Notes: a model not told the origin generated them from the sequence alone. 64,000 nucleotides of DNA from Planctomycetota bacterium (GCA_024280855.1 JAJRPG010000022.1:11010-75009); one strand, 5' to 3'; shown: positions 10,280 through 20,344, numbered from the stretch's first letter. Numbers and translations: made by a program.

Positions 10280-11149
10280 ATGAATACAGAACCGCTAGAT
10301 CAAAAGCCAGCTACTGCATCGTCACAGACTTCGGCCTCGACGAGTGCGCCACACAGCGTGCGTGTCGCTACTGGTGACGAACATCCCGTCACCTCCCCAT
10401 TATCCGTACACGACATGACGGTGGCTTATCATCGCAAGCCTGTTCTATGGGATGTCGATTTTGACGCCCCCGCTGGAAGCCTCATAGGCATGATCGGCCC
10501 TAACGGCGCAGGCAAAAGCACGCTACTCAAAGCCGCGTTAGACCTAATCCCTAAAGCCTCAGGAAGGGTCATGGTCTACGGCAAGCCTTATCGACAGCAA
10601 CGCCATCTCGTAGGTTACGTTCCGCAAAGAGAGAGCGTCGATTGGGACTTTCCCGTCAACGCCCTCGACGTCGTAGCGATGGGTTTATATCGTCGCATCG
10701 GTTGGTGTAGGCTGGTGTCGCGGCGTCATAAGCAAGACGCCATGGACGCCCTCGAGCAAGTGGGCATGGCTGATTTCGCCAAACGTCAAATTAGCCAGCT
10801 CTCCGGCGGCCAACAGCAGCGCGTCTTTCTCGCGCGTGCGCTCGTTCAAGACGCCTCGCTTTATCTAATGGACGAACCATTCGCAGGCGTAGACGCCAGC
10901 ACAGAAATAGCCATTGTAAACATCCTGCAAAAACTACGCGAAGCCGGGAAAACCGTACTCGTCGTCCACCACGACCTCCACACCGTGCGTGACTATTTCG
11001 ACTACGTCATACTCCTGAACATGCGCATCGTCGCCCACGGCCCAACGGACGAAGTGTTTACGCCGGAAAACCTCAAGAAAACTTACGGCGGACGCCTCAC
11101 CCTGTTAGATCGAGCTGCCCATGCGATGGCTCGACAAGGGGAAACATAA
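10280..11149 (+). CDS. Metal ABC transporter ATP-binding protein
   Basis: Walker A GPNGAGKST, signature LSGGQQQR, Walker B LYLMDEPF. Its stop overlaps the next start (TAATG). Confidence 0.9.
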   Translation: MNTEPLDQKPATASSQTSASTSAPHSVRVATGDEHPVTSPLSVHDMTVAYHRKPVLWDVDFDAPAGSLIGMIGPNGAGKSTLLKAALDLIPKASGRVMVYGKPYRQQRHLVGYVPQRESVDWDFPVNALDVVAMGLYRRIGWCRLVSRRHKQDAMDALEQVGMADFAKRQISQLSGGQQQRVFLARALVQDASLYLMDEPFAGVDASTEIAIVNILQKLREAGKTVLVVHHDLHTVRDYFDYVILLNMRIVAHGPTDEVFTPENLKKTYGGRLTLLDRAAHAMARQGET

Positions 11150-12675
11150 TGTCGCGGTCGAGGATTTATTTCTTTACGTTACTGATTATTTTCTTCAGTT
11201 GTCCCGCATCGGTGACGATGGCCTCGGGTTTATCATCCATTCGAGACACAAGCATGTCACTCCCCTCGTGGGACATGCTCATGCGCGTTTTTCTTTTGAA
11301 AGATTACAATACGCGCGTAGTCATGTTCGGCACCATGTCTCTAGGCCTTGCCGCAGGCGTGATTGGTACGATGATGCTATTACGCAAGCGTGCCCTTATG
11401 GGTGACGCATTAAGCCACGCTACGCTTCCAGGCATTGGCTTGGCGTTTATCATCATGATTCAATTTGGCGGTTCGGGGAAATACTTGCCCGGTTTACTTT
11501 TGGGCGCTAGCGTATCCGGCGCGATAGGACTGGGCTGTATCATGGCTATAAGACATTGGACACGCCTTAAAGAAGACGCCGCGATGGGAATAGTTCTAAG
11601 CGTTTTCTTTGGCTTGGGGATCGCGATTTTGGGCATCATTCAAAAAATGCAAACGGGGCAAGCTTCCGGCCTTCAGTCCTTTATATACGGCAAAACAGCA
11701 GCCATGCTCGCCCAGGACGCGAAAATTATCGCCCTCGTCGCACTGCTCATCGTCGCCATCTGTAGCCTCATGTTCAAGGAACTCAAACTACTCTGCTTCG
11801 ACGCAACTTTCGCCCAATCACAAGGCTGGCCTATATTTTTCCTTGATGCCATCATCATGGCCCTAATCATTATCGTCACCGTCATAGGCCTTCAAGCCGT
11901 AGGACTAATTTTAATGATCGCCTTGCTAGTCATCCCGCCAGCGGCTGCGCGGTTCTGGACTGAGAAACTTCTCCCCATGATCCTCATCGCAGCCGGTATC
12001 GGCGCAGCCAGCGGATTTGCAGGTGCAGCATTTAGCGCGCTTCTACCACGGCTTCCCGCTGGTGCAATTATCGTCGTCGTCGCTAGCGTCATATTTGCAT
12101 TGAGTCTCTTATTCGGGACGGCACGAGGCGTTGTCCATCGACTAATCGACCACACGAAACTATCGCGGAAAGTCGCTCAACAAAACCTATTGCGCGCTTT
12201 ATTCGAACGGTCAGAAGGTTCAAGATCACTATCAGAACAGAACCTCTCTGCTAACGCTTCCGCGGCATCAACTTCTTTTAAGCGACTACTACTGGCACGC
12301 TCCTGGTCCCCGCGAAAATTGCGGCGTACGATTCGCCATGCAATCAGTCGACAATTGGTTCGCGCGAGGCAATACAATCATTTCTCCCTCACCAGTAATG
12401 GCCTCGCCGAGGCTCGTCGCGTAGTGCGTAATCATAGGCTTTGGGAACTGTATCTGATTAATCATGCGGACATCGCCCCTAGTCACGTAGACCGAGGCGC
12501 GGATGAACTCGAACACATCCTAGGCCCTTCTATGGTAGATGAGCTTTTGGAACTACTAGCCGTCAAACACCCTGAGTTAGCTATGCCGCCCAGCCCGCAT
12601 GTCATAAATTCTCGCAGCGCAGCCGCCAGGGCAGAAAGACATCGTTCAAAAACCGGGAGTGCAAAACGAACGTAA
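11149..12675 (+). CDS. ABC-3 family metal transporter permease fused to a C-terminal DtxR-like domain
   Basis: Multi-TM core with GDALSHATLPGIGLAF. The roughly 170-aa cytoplasmic tail contains ...LTSNGLAEARRVVRNHRLWELYL...ADELEHIL, a DtxR/MntR helix-turn-helix plus dimerisation signature. Confidence 0.85.
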   Translation: MSRSRIYFFTLLIIFFSCPASVTMASGLSSIRDTSMSLPSWDMLMRVFLLKDYNTRVVMFGTMSLGLAAGVIGTMMLLRKRALMGDALSHATLPGIGLAFIIMIQFGGSGKYLPGLLLGASVSGAIGLGCIMAIRHWTRLKEDAAMGIVLSVFFGLGIAILGIIQKMQTGQASGLQSFIYGKTAAMLAQDAKIIALVALLIVAICSLMFKELKLLCFDATFAQSQGWPIFFLDAIIMALIIIVTVIGLQAVGLILMIALLVIPPAAARFWTEKLLPMILIAAGIGAASGFAGAAFSALLPRLPAGAIIVVVASVIFALSLLFGTARGVVHRLIDHTKLSRKVAQQNLLRALFERSEGSRSLSEQNLSANASAASTSFKRLLLARSWSPRKLRRTIRHAISRQLVRARQYNHFSLTSNGLAEARRVVRNHRLWELYLINHADIAPSHVDRGADELEHILGPSMVDELLELLAVKHPELAMPPSPHVINSRSAAARAERHRSKTGSAKRT

Positions 12676-14012
12676 TGGACTGGACGACACTGGATACCTG
12701 GATTGTCATCACTGGCGTACTGTCAGCTATGTCGTGCGCGCTGATCGGCAATTTTCTCGTGTTGCGCAAGATGAGCATGATGGGTGACGCCATTAGTCAT
12801 GCAGTGCTTCCCGGACTCGCTGTCGCGTTTCTCATTTCCGGAAGCCGAGGTAGCATAACCATGTTCGTCGGCGCGGCTATCGCAGGCCTGCTCACTGCCC
12901 TATTCACCCAATGGATTCACAAATTCGGCAAGGTAGAAGAAAGCGCCGCGATGGGTGTCACGTTTACGGCGTTATTCGCCATTGGACTAATCCTTATCGT
13001 TCGAGGCGCAGACAGCATCGACCTCGACCCCGGCTGCGTCCTCTATGGGGCGATCGAATTAGTCCCCCTCGACATGGTCACGTTCTTAGGATTTACATGC
13101 CCCCAAGCCGTGTGGATTCTCGGCTGCGTCTTGCTCATCAATATACTATTCACTTTATTGCTCTATAAAGAGCTTCGCCTCACATGTTTTGACCCTGCCT
13201 TAGCCACGACTCTGGGCATCAACGCCAACGTCATGCACTATGTCACCATGACCCTCGTAGCTATCACGACCGTAGCATCCTTTGAGAGCGTTGGCAGCAT
13301 CCTCGTCATTGCCATGCTCATCGTCCCTGCCGCCGCCGCCCACTTACTCACCAATCGCTACGGACTGATGTTAGCCTTGAGCATGATCTTCGCAGCGACT
13401 TCAGCCGCGTTAGGTCATATATCCGCCATCACTGTACCCACTTGGTTCGGATTCGCCGACACCAGCACCGCTGGCATGATAGCCGTCGTCGCGGGCCTGC
13501 TATTTTCTCTTGTCATGTTATTCGCACCGCATCAAGGCATACTCAGCAAAATCTGGCATCAACTCAGATTATCCCTTCGCATCGCCAGCGAAGATATTCT
13601 CGGCAAACTTTACCGACTGGAAGAAGCGACCAGCGACCAGCCCACATATACCCAGGCAGTGGCTATTCCCGCCAACAAATGGATCAATCGCTTAGCCCGA
13701 ATGGACTTATCGCGTACAAGAAAAATTACCCGCGAGCAAAACGCCTATCGCTTAACAGAACAAGGACGAAACGTAGCCAGGCAGTTGGTCCGTTCTCATC
13801 GTTTGTGGGAATCTTATGTAGCTAAGCATTTTGATCTCAACGTGGATCATTTGCATGACTCCGCTGAGCGGACGGAGCATTACATTACGCAGACCATGCA
13901 GCAGGAGATGATTGAAGAACTGCGACATGTGCAAACTGACCCGCACGGCAAAAAAATTCCCAATCAACAATCTGACGAAGCGAACTCCAACAAGAAAGGA
14001 CGTAAAGCATGA
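12675..14012 (+). CDS. Second ABC-3 metal transporter permease, also with a C-terminal DtxR-like domain
   Basis: GDAISHAVLPGLAVAF core. Tail ...LTEQGRNVARQLVRSHRLWESYV...SAERTEHYIT. TAATG overlap with the upstream gene. Confidence 0.85.
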   Translation: MDWTTLDTWIVITGVLSAMSCALIGNFLVLRKMSMMGDAISHAVLPGLAVAFLISGSRGSITMFVGAAIAGLLTALFTQWIHKFGKVEESAAMGVTFTALFAIGLILIVRGADSIDLDPGCVLYGAIELVPLDMVTFLGFTCPQAVWILGCVLLINILFTLLLYKELRLTCFDPALATTLGINANVMHYVTMTLVAITTVASFESVGSILVIAMLIVPAAAAHLLTNRYGLMLALSMIFAATSAALGHISAITVPTWFGFADTSTAGMIAVVAGLLFSLVMLFAPHQGILSKIWHQLRLSLRIASEDILGKLYRLEEATSDQPTYTQAVAIPANKWINRLARMDLSRTRKITREQNAYRLTEQGRNVARQLVRSHRLWESYVAKHFDLNVDHLHDSAERTEHYITQTMQQEMIEELRHVQTDPHGKKIPNQQSDEANSNKKGRKA

Positions 14013-14446
14013 CCGATATGGAGCTACCACTACACCACAGCACCACAGCCGGATTTTCACGCACCCGGCAAGACCATGCGACCGAACTCGCTGAGGACTA
14101 CGTGGAGCTGATTGACGACCTCATCACCAACCTTGGCGAAGCACGATTGGTCGATATCGCGGCGCGCATGGGTGTCACCCACGTCACCGCCAATAAAAGC
14201 GTCAGCCGTCTGCAGCGCGATGGGCTAGTCAGCAAACGACCCTACCGATCAATTTTTCTCACGCCAGAAGGACAAAAGCTAGCCGCCCAAACCCGCAAAC
14301 GCCACGAAATCGTCCTATCTTGCCTATGTCTGCTAGGTGTACCACCGGAACAAGCCCGAATCGATTCTGAAGGGATCGAACATCACATCAGCGAGATTAC
14401 GCTCGGCGCCATGGAAAAATTCATCCAATCCCGCACCGAAGACTAA
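14009..14446 (+). CDS. mntR: MntR/TroR-type (DtxR family) metal-dependent transcriptional repressor
   Basis: 145 aa. AEDYVELIDDL, HTH ARLVDIAARMGVTHVTANKSVSRLQRDGLV, RKRHEIV...DSEGIEHHIS. ATGA overlap with the permease gene. Confidence 0.85.
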   Translation: MTDMELPLHHSTTAGFSRTRQDHATELAEDYVELIDDLITNLGEARLVDIAARMGVTHVTANKSVSRLQRDGLVSKRPYRSIFLTPEGQKLAAQTRKRHEIVLSCLCLLGVPPEQARIDSEGIEHHISEITLGAMEKFIQSRTED

Positions 14447-14568
14447 CCACCTTTCAACAAATCACACACCTTGCAGGGAATCACCAGCCCAGCGATAATC
14501 ACGCCTGAGTGCGCGTGGCGTTTGTTATAACAACGCATAGAAAAGTCCTAACTTACAGGAGACTTACG

Positions 14569-15003
14569 ATGCCGACCATTCGAGCGATTCTGCAACGAAA
14601 GGGAACCAACGTCACTACCATCGAGCGCACTGCGTCTGCACTGGACGCGGCTAAGCTGATGAACGACAAACTCATTGGCGCAGTGGTCGTAAACGATCAC
14701 GATAAAATTGTCGGCATATTCACGGAGCGAGACATACTGTGCCGCATAGTCGCGGTAGGAAAATCTCCAGGCGACACACCCGTCGGAGATGTCATGACCT
14801 CTCCCATGGCCTGCTGCACCAGAGACACGACACTCGCTCAATGTCAGTCTATCATGAGCAGCAAACGCATTCGTCATCTCCCCATTGTAGAGGATGGCCA
14901 GTTGTTCGGTATTATTTCCGCCGGCGACGTCATGGCTAGTGAGTGCGAAGAGCAGCAGCATACGATAGAATACCTTCATGAATATCTTCACGGACGGACG
15001 TAA
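14569..15003 (+). CDS. CBS-domain pair protein
   Basis: Two CBS motifs (GAVVVNDHDKIVGIFTERDI, IRHLPIVEDGQLFGIISAGDV). AGGAG Shine-Dalgarno before the ATG at 14569; the ORF is open from 14509. Confidence 0.8.
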   Translation: MPTIRAILQRKGTNVTTIERTASALDAAKLMNDKLIGAVVVNDHDKIVGIFTERDILCRIVAVGKSPGDTPVGDVMTSPMACCTRDTTLAQCQSIMSSKRIRHLPIVEDGQLFGIISAGDVMASECEEQQHTIEYLHEYLHGRT

Positions 15004-15036
15004 ATTGATACCGTCATTATTTGTTAGGTTTGTAGC

Positions 15037-15462
15037 ATGACCGAATTTTCGTCGCCGACAGCTTTCACCAAACTCGTCATCACTATCGCCATAGCCATGA
15101 GCTGCATTGGCTGCGTCCGACGCTCCATTACCATCACGACCGAACCCACCGGCGCGCTAGTATTCCTGAATGACCAGGAGGTTGGCCAAAGCGAGGTGAC
15201 GACTGATTTTGTATGGTACGGCGATTACGATGTGGTCATTCGCAAGGAGGGGTTTGAAACGCTCAAGACCCACACACAAGTCGTAGCTCCGTGGTATCAA
15301 CATATCCCCATCGACTTCTTCTCCGAGGTGCTTTGGCCAGGACACGTTCACGACCACCATGATCGGCATTTCGTCCTGACACCAGACAAGAAAATAACTT
15401 CTGACCAGTTAATCGACCAAGCCAACATTATCCGCCGAAGAGCCATCGAAGGCACAAAATAA
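15037..15462 (+). CDS. PEGA-domain lipoprotein
   Basis: Lipobox-like AMSCIGC. TEPTGALVFLNDQEVGQSEV...YDVVIRKEGFETL matches the PEGA domain pattern. Confidence 0.65.
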   Translation: MTEFSSPTAFTKLVITIAIAMSCIGCVRRSITITTEPTGALVFLNDQEVGQSEVTTDFVWYGDYDVVIRKEGFETLKTHTQVVAPWYQHIPIDFFSEVLWPGHVHDHHDRHFVLTPDKKITSDQLIDQANIIRRRAIEGTK

Positions 15463-15558
15463 TATAGAGCATGGGGTGGCATGGGTAATTCCCGACTCCG
15501 ATGAAAAATCTGAATCCGGAATCACCCGTGTCTTAGATGTTATAACAACAAAGAAAAA

Positions 15559-16536
15559 TCAGTCACCGCCAGCGCCAAGCGCCTGCCAGGCAAGACCAGC
15601 CGCGCCAATCACACCAGCATCATAACCCAACGATGCCAACTGAATCTCTGGGAAATCATCATGCAACGTCCACGACATTGCGCTAAAATGATTTCGCACA
15701 CCGTCAATCAACTGCTCGCCCGCACACGCCAACCCGCCGCCAAGAAGCACCCTCGCCGGATTAAACGCATGCTGGATATTCACGCAGGCGACAGCTAAGT
15801 AGAAACAGGTCTCGTCCCACACCTGCTCACACCACGCATCGCTATCGCCAGCTAAAGTCGCAATCGTTTGTGCCGTAACTTCGTCACCTCGATCAACCAA
15901 ACCGCTCAACGCTGACGCCTTGCCAGCCTTTACACCCCCCAGCGCACGCCGAACCACCGCCGACGCAGAAGCATATTGTTCCAGGCAACCCAACTTGCCG
16001 CAGGTACAAGCTCGACCGCGAGGCTCTACGATGGAATGACCAATCTCACCAGCGTTTTCAAAATGCCCGTGAAGAATATTCCCTCCCAATACAATCCCGC
16101 CACCTACGCCAGTACCCAAAGTAAGTAAAACAAGATCGTGTCCATCTCGATTAGCCCCTGCCCAGAATTCCCCAAAGGCAGCCGCGTTGCCATCATTATC
16201 AAGTACCACAGGCTTACCAAGAATTTCGCTCAACAGATCGCGCACCGCGACATTTTCCCAGCCAGCCAAATTAGCCGCTTTGATTATCATGCCCCGACGG
16301 GAGCTTAAAGGCCCAGGCGAACCAACCCCCACACCCACGACATCCGCTTTATCGAGATGAGCCTCTAACATCAACTGCCGAGACAGTGACACCATTGTAT
16401 CAATAATTTCGCCCGACGGCTGACCATCTGCTAAGCGCCTCGCAGCACGAGCGACAATCGTCCCAGCCGAGTCAACCAATGCGACTTTGAGATTAGTCCC
16501 CCCCAGATCAATACCAATAGCCACACGAGCACTCAT
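15559..16536 (-). CDS. ROK-family glucokinase
   Basis: GIDLGGTNLKVALVD ATP-binding motif and the ROK zinc motif CTCGKLGCLE. 4-nt overlap with serA. Confidence 0.8.
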   Translation of the reverse strand: MSARVAIGIDLGGTNLKVALVDSAGTIVARAARRLADGQPSGEIIDTMVSLSRQLMLEAHLDKADVVGVGVGSPGPLSSRRGMIIKAANLAGWENVAVRDLLSEILGKPVVLDNDGNAAAFGEFWAGANRDGHDLVLLTLGTGVGGGIVLGGNILHGHFENAGEIGHSIVEPRGRACTCGKLGCLEQYASASAVVRRALGGVKAGKASALSGLVDRGDEVTAQTIATLAGDSDAWCEQVWDETCFYLAVACVNIQHAFNPARVLLGGGLACAGEQLIDGVRNHFSAMSWTLHDDFPEIQLASLGYDAGVIGAAGLAWQALGAGGD

Positions 16537-18143
16537 GCGTCCACGTTCCTGCTGGCAAGAGGCGGCAATTCAAGGCGGCGAATCGCCTGCACTGGCGCAA
16601 GCGAATCCAACGTATCACGAACCTCCTGCGACATGGGCTCATCCAATTTCAAAACCATGAGCGCCCGACCGCCGCGCCGACCAAGCACCATATCAGCAAT
16701 GTTTATCCCCGCATCACCAAGCGTATTTCCCACCAGGCCAATCACGCCCGGCGTGTCATCGTTATAGATAAGTGCCATCGCTCCGGCAGGCACAAGCTCC
16801 ATGCGGTAGCCATCAATCGACAAAATCCGAGGCCGACCGTCGCCCCAAACGGTTCCTTCGATCTCATGTTTTTGCGACCCCGTCTCCACGCTCACATGAA
16901 CCGTTTCCATCTGATTAGGCGTAAGCGAATGCGAAACATGATCCACCCGAATCCCACGCTGCCGCACATGCTCTTTAGCATTAACTAAGTTCACCCGCTC
17001 CTGCAAATGCGGACTTAGCACTGAAGCCACAAGCTGAGATGCAAAAGTTCCTGCAAATTCTGACAACGCTTCGCTATAAACCGTTACCCGCACATGCTCA
17101 ACGCCCGATGCACACCACGGCGACAAAATGGTGCCCATCCGCGAACTCAGATCGACAAACGCCCGAGCGCGCGGCGGCATGGCTCTAGGCATACCCGTCA
17201 CATTCACTGCCGACCTAATTTCTCCACGAAGCAAATACGCCAACAAAGACTCTACCGCATCAACACCTGCCTGTTGCTGCGCTTGATCTGTAGAAGCCGC
17301 AAGGTGTGGTGCAAGAACGATATTTTTCGCGTCCAATAACGGACTACCGCTCGGCGGCTCATTTTCATAAACGTCGATAGCCGCCCCGCCAAGATGCCCC
17401 GAGTTGAGCGCATCCGCTAACGCATTTTCATCTATCAAAGGCCCGCGTGCACAATTAACCAATCGAGCGCCCTTTTTCATCATTGATAACTGAGGCTTGC
17501 CAATCATATGTCGCGTTTCTTCCGTCAGCATCGCATGAATCGTGACACAATCGACCCGTGACAGAAGCTCGTCCAAATCACCCGTCATCGTCACTTCACC
17601 ATTAAGCGAAGTGGATTGTTTCACAAACGGATCATAAGCTACTACCGTCATACCAAACGCAAGCGCTCGCAAAGCCACAGCTTGACCGATGCGACCCAAA
17701 CCAATAATGCCAAGCGTTTGGCCGCATAATTGTTGACCTTTATATCCCGCGCGATCCCACTTCCCACTTCGCACATGAGCATGCGCATCCGGCAGGCAGC
17801 GATACATCGAAAGCATCATCGCCAGCGTGTGTTCTGCCGTTGAAATCGTATTGGCATCAGGCGTATTAAGCACCAACACACCCGCAGCCGTCGCCGCATC
17901 AAGGTCGATATTATCCACGCCGACTCCCGCCCGCGCAACAGCCATCAAATTACCAGGCGTAGCCAATGTCTCGCGCGTAATTTTCACCGCCGACCGAATC
18001 AAAATCCCGTCATAGCGACCTATGCACTCCGCTAGTTCCGCAGGTGATATCCCATGTTTGACTTCATAAGACACGCCGGGCGTTTTATCTAAAATAGCCA
18101 CGCCTGCTTCCGCAATTTTGTCCGCTACCAAAACCGTTAACAT
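16533..18143 (-). CDS. serA: D-3-phosphoglycerate dehydrogenase (long form with ASB and ACT domains)
   Basis: 536 aa. NAD-binding GIIGLGRIGQAVA, catalytic region APHLAAST, C-terminal ACT-like segment. Confidence 0.9.
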   Translation of the reverse strand: MLTVLVADKIAEAGVAILDKTPGVSYEVKHGISPAELAECIGRYDGILIRSAVKITRETLATPGNLMAVARAGVGVDNIDLDAATAAGVLVLNTPDANTISTAEHTLAMMLSMYRCLPDAHAHVRSGKWDRAGYKGQQLCGQTLGIIGLGRIGQAVALRALAFGMTVVAYDPFVKQSTSLNGEVTMTGDLDELLSRVDCVTIHAMLTEETRHMIGKPQLSMMKKGARLVNCARGPLIDENALADALNSGHLGGAAIDVYENEPPSGSPLLDAKNIVLAPHLAASTDQAQQQAGVDAVESLLAYLLRGEIRSAVNVTGMPRAMPPRARAFVDLSSRMGTILSPWCASGVEHVRVTVYSEALSEFAGTFASQLVASVLSPHLQERVNLVNAKEHVRQRGIRVDHVSHSLTPNQMETVHVSVETGSQKHEIEGTVWGDGRPRILSIDGYRMELVPAGAMALIYNDDTPGVIGLVGNTLGDAGINIADMVLGRRGGRALMVLKLDEPMSQEVRDTLDSLAPVQAIRRLELPPLASRNVDA

Positions 18144-18185
18144 CGCTCACCTCATTAATGATTAATACTTATTCGCCGCACACGC

Positions 18186-19064
18186 CTACTTAAAAACCAT
18201 CCCAGCGTAACCAACAGAATCCGACGGCTCACGCCCGCCACCAGCCACAAACACTTCCGCGCTACTGGTATGAGCCAACACGGAAGCACAGGTCGCACCG
18301 ATTCTTTTTACCGCAGCCAGCGTCGCAGCCACGGCCCCGCTACTGCACGCATTCTTATGTGTTTGGGCCTCATCGACAACACTATCGCTGCGCATATTTT
18401 GCACCAGGTCAATAAATCGCCGGTCGTTCACCAGCCTGGCCCAGCGATTCCCTTCTCCGCCTACCCCTTCCGGAATATATCCGTAGTTCGGACCATAATG
18501 CGTCAAGTCGGTCGTGCCAACAATCATCGCATTGTATTGATAAGCTTCTAGCGCACGCCCCACCGCATCCCCCACCGCATCAGCCTTTGGCCCGGGCATC
18601 ACCATAATGGGAACCACTTTCGCATAGGGAAATAGCGCCGCGACAAACGGCATTTGCACTTCAAGTGAATGCTCTTGCTCGTGAGCGAAAACATCATCCA
18701 CGATTAAATTCGTTTGCCCTAAAATCCGCTCAGCCAATCGCCCATCCACCGGAACCGGACCAAGCGGCGTCTCCCAATTCCCATCCCCAAACATCGCAGC
18801 CACATCAACCGAACTTCGATGAACACCGCCGAACATAATAATCACATCGGGCGCGAAAGAGTCCGCCAAGGTTGCAAACACCGTAGCTGCAACCGCCCCG
18901 CTGTAGGACCATCCCGCATGAGGCACTAGCCCGCCATAAAGCTTTTGAGACGAAAAGTCCGGCTGACAAGCGTCCACTAAAAGCGCATCCATCGCCTGAC
19001 GACACTTCTCTCCATCGGATTGATAAAACTGACCGGCGACCACCGGCTCGCGGACCCTCATCAT
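18186..19064 (-). CDS. MEMO1-family protein (AmmeMemoRadiSam system protein B)
   Basis: Family N-terminus MMRVREPVVAGQFY, plus GLVPHAGWSYSG and TDLTHYGPNYGY. The ORF is open to 19160, but homolog-like sequence starts at the Met at 19064. Confidence 0.8.
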   Translation of the reverse strand: MMRVREPVVAGQFYQSDGEKCRQAMDALLVDACQPDFSSQKLYGGLVPHAGWSYSGAVAATVFATLADSFAPDVIIMFGGVHRSSVDVAAMFGDGNWETPLGPVPVDGRLAERILGQTNLIVDDVFAHEQEHSLEVQMPFVAALFPYAKVVPIMVMPGPKADAVGDAVGRALEAYQYNAMIVGTTDLTHYGPNYGYIPEGVGGEGNRWARLVNDRRFIDLVQNMRSDSVVDEAQTHKNACSSGAVAATLAAVKRIGATCASVLAHTSSAEVFVAGGGREPSDSVGYAGMVFK

Positions 19065-19296
19065 GCCTCGCTCCAGCCATGTTTGAATGGTCAATCTAAG
19101 ACCCAAATAAGCCAATTGGCACGGAAACCTATCATGTACATCGTCGCTACCGACGCTCAACTAACGACGACTATTGATATGCCTTACGCCCTATAATGAC
19201 AAGCGTTTTAACAATACTATTTGCATGGCGGCGCAGGCCTCATGCACAAAGCCCTATGCAACGCCTCAGAGGGCTTCTTAAACGAACGTGCAGAAA

Positions 19297-19578
19297 TTAG
19301 TTTGAAATGCGACGCGCGGGCGAAATGCGCGAATGATAAAAACTCATCAATAAAAGAGCCGGAAATCCAAAAAGCAAAGGGGCAAGACTGAGTTGCCCAC
19401 AGCCTGCACCAACCGTCGGAATTTCTACTTCACCAGCAGAAAACAAAGGTCGAACAGGCTCCACAATCACAGGGTCAACCGGCATCGCTTGAGCTATCGC
19501 CCGCCCTGGCATAAACGCAGCCCCAGCCAACGCCAACAAAGCCATGAACACCAGCCGAGTCACCTTACCAGTCATCAT
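19297..19578 (-). CDS. Small secreted protein with a C-terminal tripartite (motif-TM-basic) sorting-signal-like tail
   Basis: 93 aa. Signal peptide ...AFMPGRAIAQA. C-terminus PTVGAGCGQ + LSLAPLLFGFPALLLMSFY + HSRISPARR. Confidence 0.4.
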   Translation of the reverse strand: MMTGKVTRLVFMALLALAGAAFMPGRAIAQAMPVDPVIVEPVRPLFSAGEVEIPTVGAGCGQLSLAPLLFGFPALLLMSFYHSRISPARRISN

Positions 19579-19782
19579 TCAACCCTCAGAAGTATATATC
19601 TTCCACGCCGCACACATTCTATACCCACTAACAACCAACTGTCGCCCCATGAGCCATACCACGCCCGAAAAAATCGTCATTTCCTCACCCTTATTGAAAA
19701 CAAATCCTTGCCAAACAGAATCTTTTGCCTCAATGTCCGAATACGAAAGTGAGAAATTCGATTAACTCGTGGGAGGCCGACC

Positions 19783-20328
19783 GTGGAAGACATCTGGAAT
19801 ATATTAGCCCTGTCCGGTTTAGGCATCGCCTGCTTAATCGGCGTCATGCTAACCGCGCTAAGACTTCCCGGCACTTGGCTAATGGTCGGCAGTGGCGGGT
19901 TATTTGCCTGGTGGAGTGATTGGCAGCGAATCACTGTCACCATCATCCTGATCGCCATAGCCATCGCCGTCGTCGCGGAAGTTGTCGAGCTTTTCATGTC
20001 CATGTTCACAGCCAAAAAAGCTGGAGCCAGTCGAAGAGCATCCTGGGGCGGACTCATTGGCGGCATCGTCGGCATGATACTAATTGGCGTCCCCATCCCC
20101 CTCATAGGCCCAGTCATCGGCGCACTACTAGGCTGCTTCCTCGGAGCAACCATTGGAGAACTCAGCGTCAAACAAGATTTTGTTCAAGGGGCGAAAGTGG
20201 GCGTGTTCTCCGCCATGGGATTTGCACTAGGCGCAGCCGCCAAGGTCGGATTCGCTCTCGTCATCGCAGCCCTGTTAATTTCATACGCCGCGCTAGCACC
20301 AGAGTTACCGCAAGTCATTCAGATTTAG
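19783..20328 (+). CDS. DUF456-like inner-membrane protein
   Basis: 181 aa with four predicted TM helices and Gly-rich helices (GGLIGGIVGMILIGVPIPLIGPVIGALLGCFLGATIGE), typical of DUF456. Confidence 0.55.
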   Translation: MEDIWNILALSGLGIACLIGVMLTALRLPGTWLMVGSGGLFAWWSDWQRITVTIILIAIAIAVVAEVVELFMSMFTAKKAGASRRASWGGLIGGIVGMILIGVPIPLIGPVIGALLGCFLGATIGELSVKQDFVQGAKVGVFSAMGFALGAAAKVGFALVIAALLISYAALAPELPQVIQI

Positions 20329-20344
20329 CCCAGCCGGGTGACTA

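Noticed and set aside
14524-15549. The palindrome-containing 11-mer GTTATAACAAC occurs at 14524-14534 and 15539-15549, flanking the CBS-PEGA gene pair just downstream of mntR. I considered it as an MntR operator.
   Set aside because: An exact 11-mer repeat is expected by chance hundreds of times in 64 kb on both strands. The second copy lies in a convergent 3' region rather than a promoter.
18186-19064. Possible link between the MEMO1-like gene (AmmeMemoRadiSam system protein B) and the radical SAM gene at 25176.
   Set aside because: They are 6 kb apart on opposite strands with unrelated genes between them. The radical SAM enzyme is SPASM-type in a compositionally distinct block, and no AMMECR1 gene is present.
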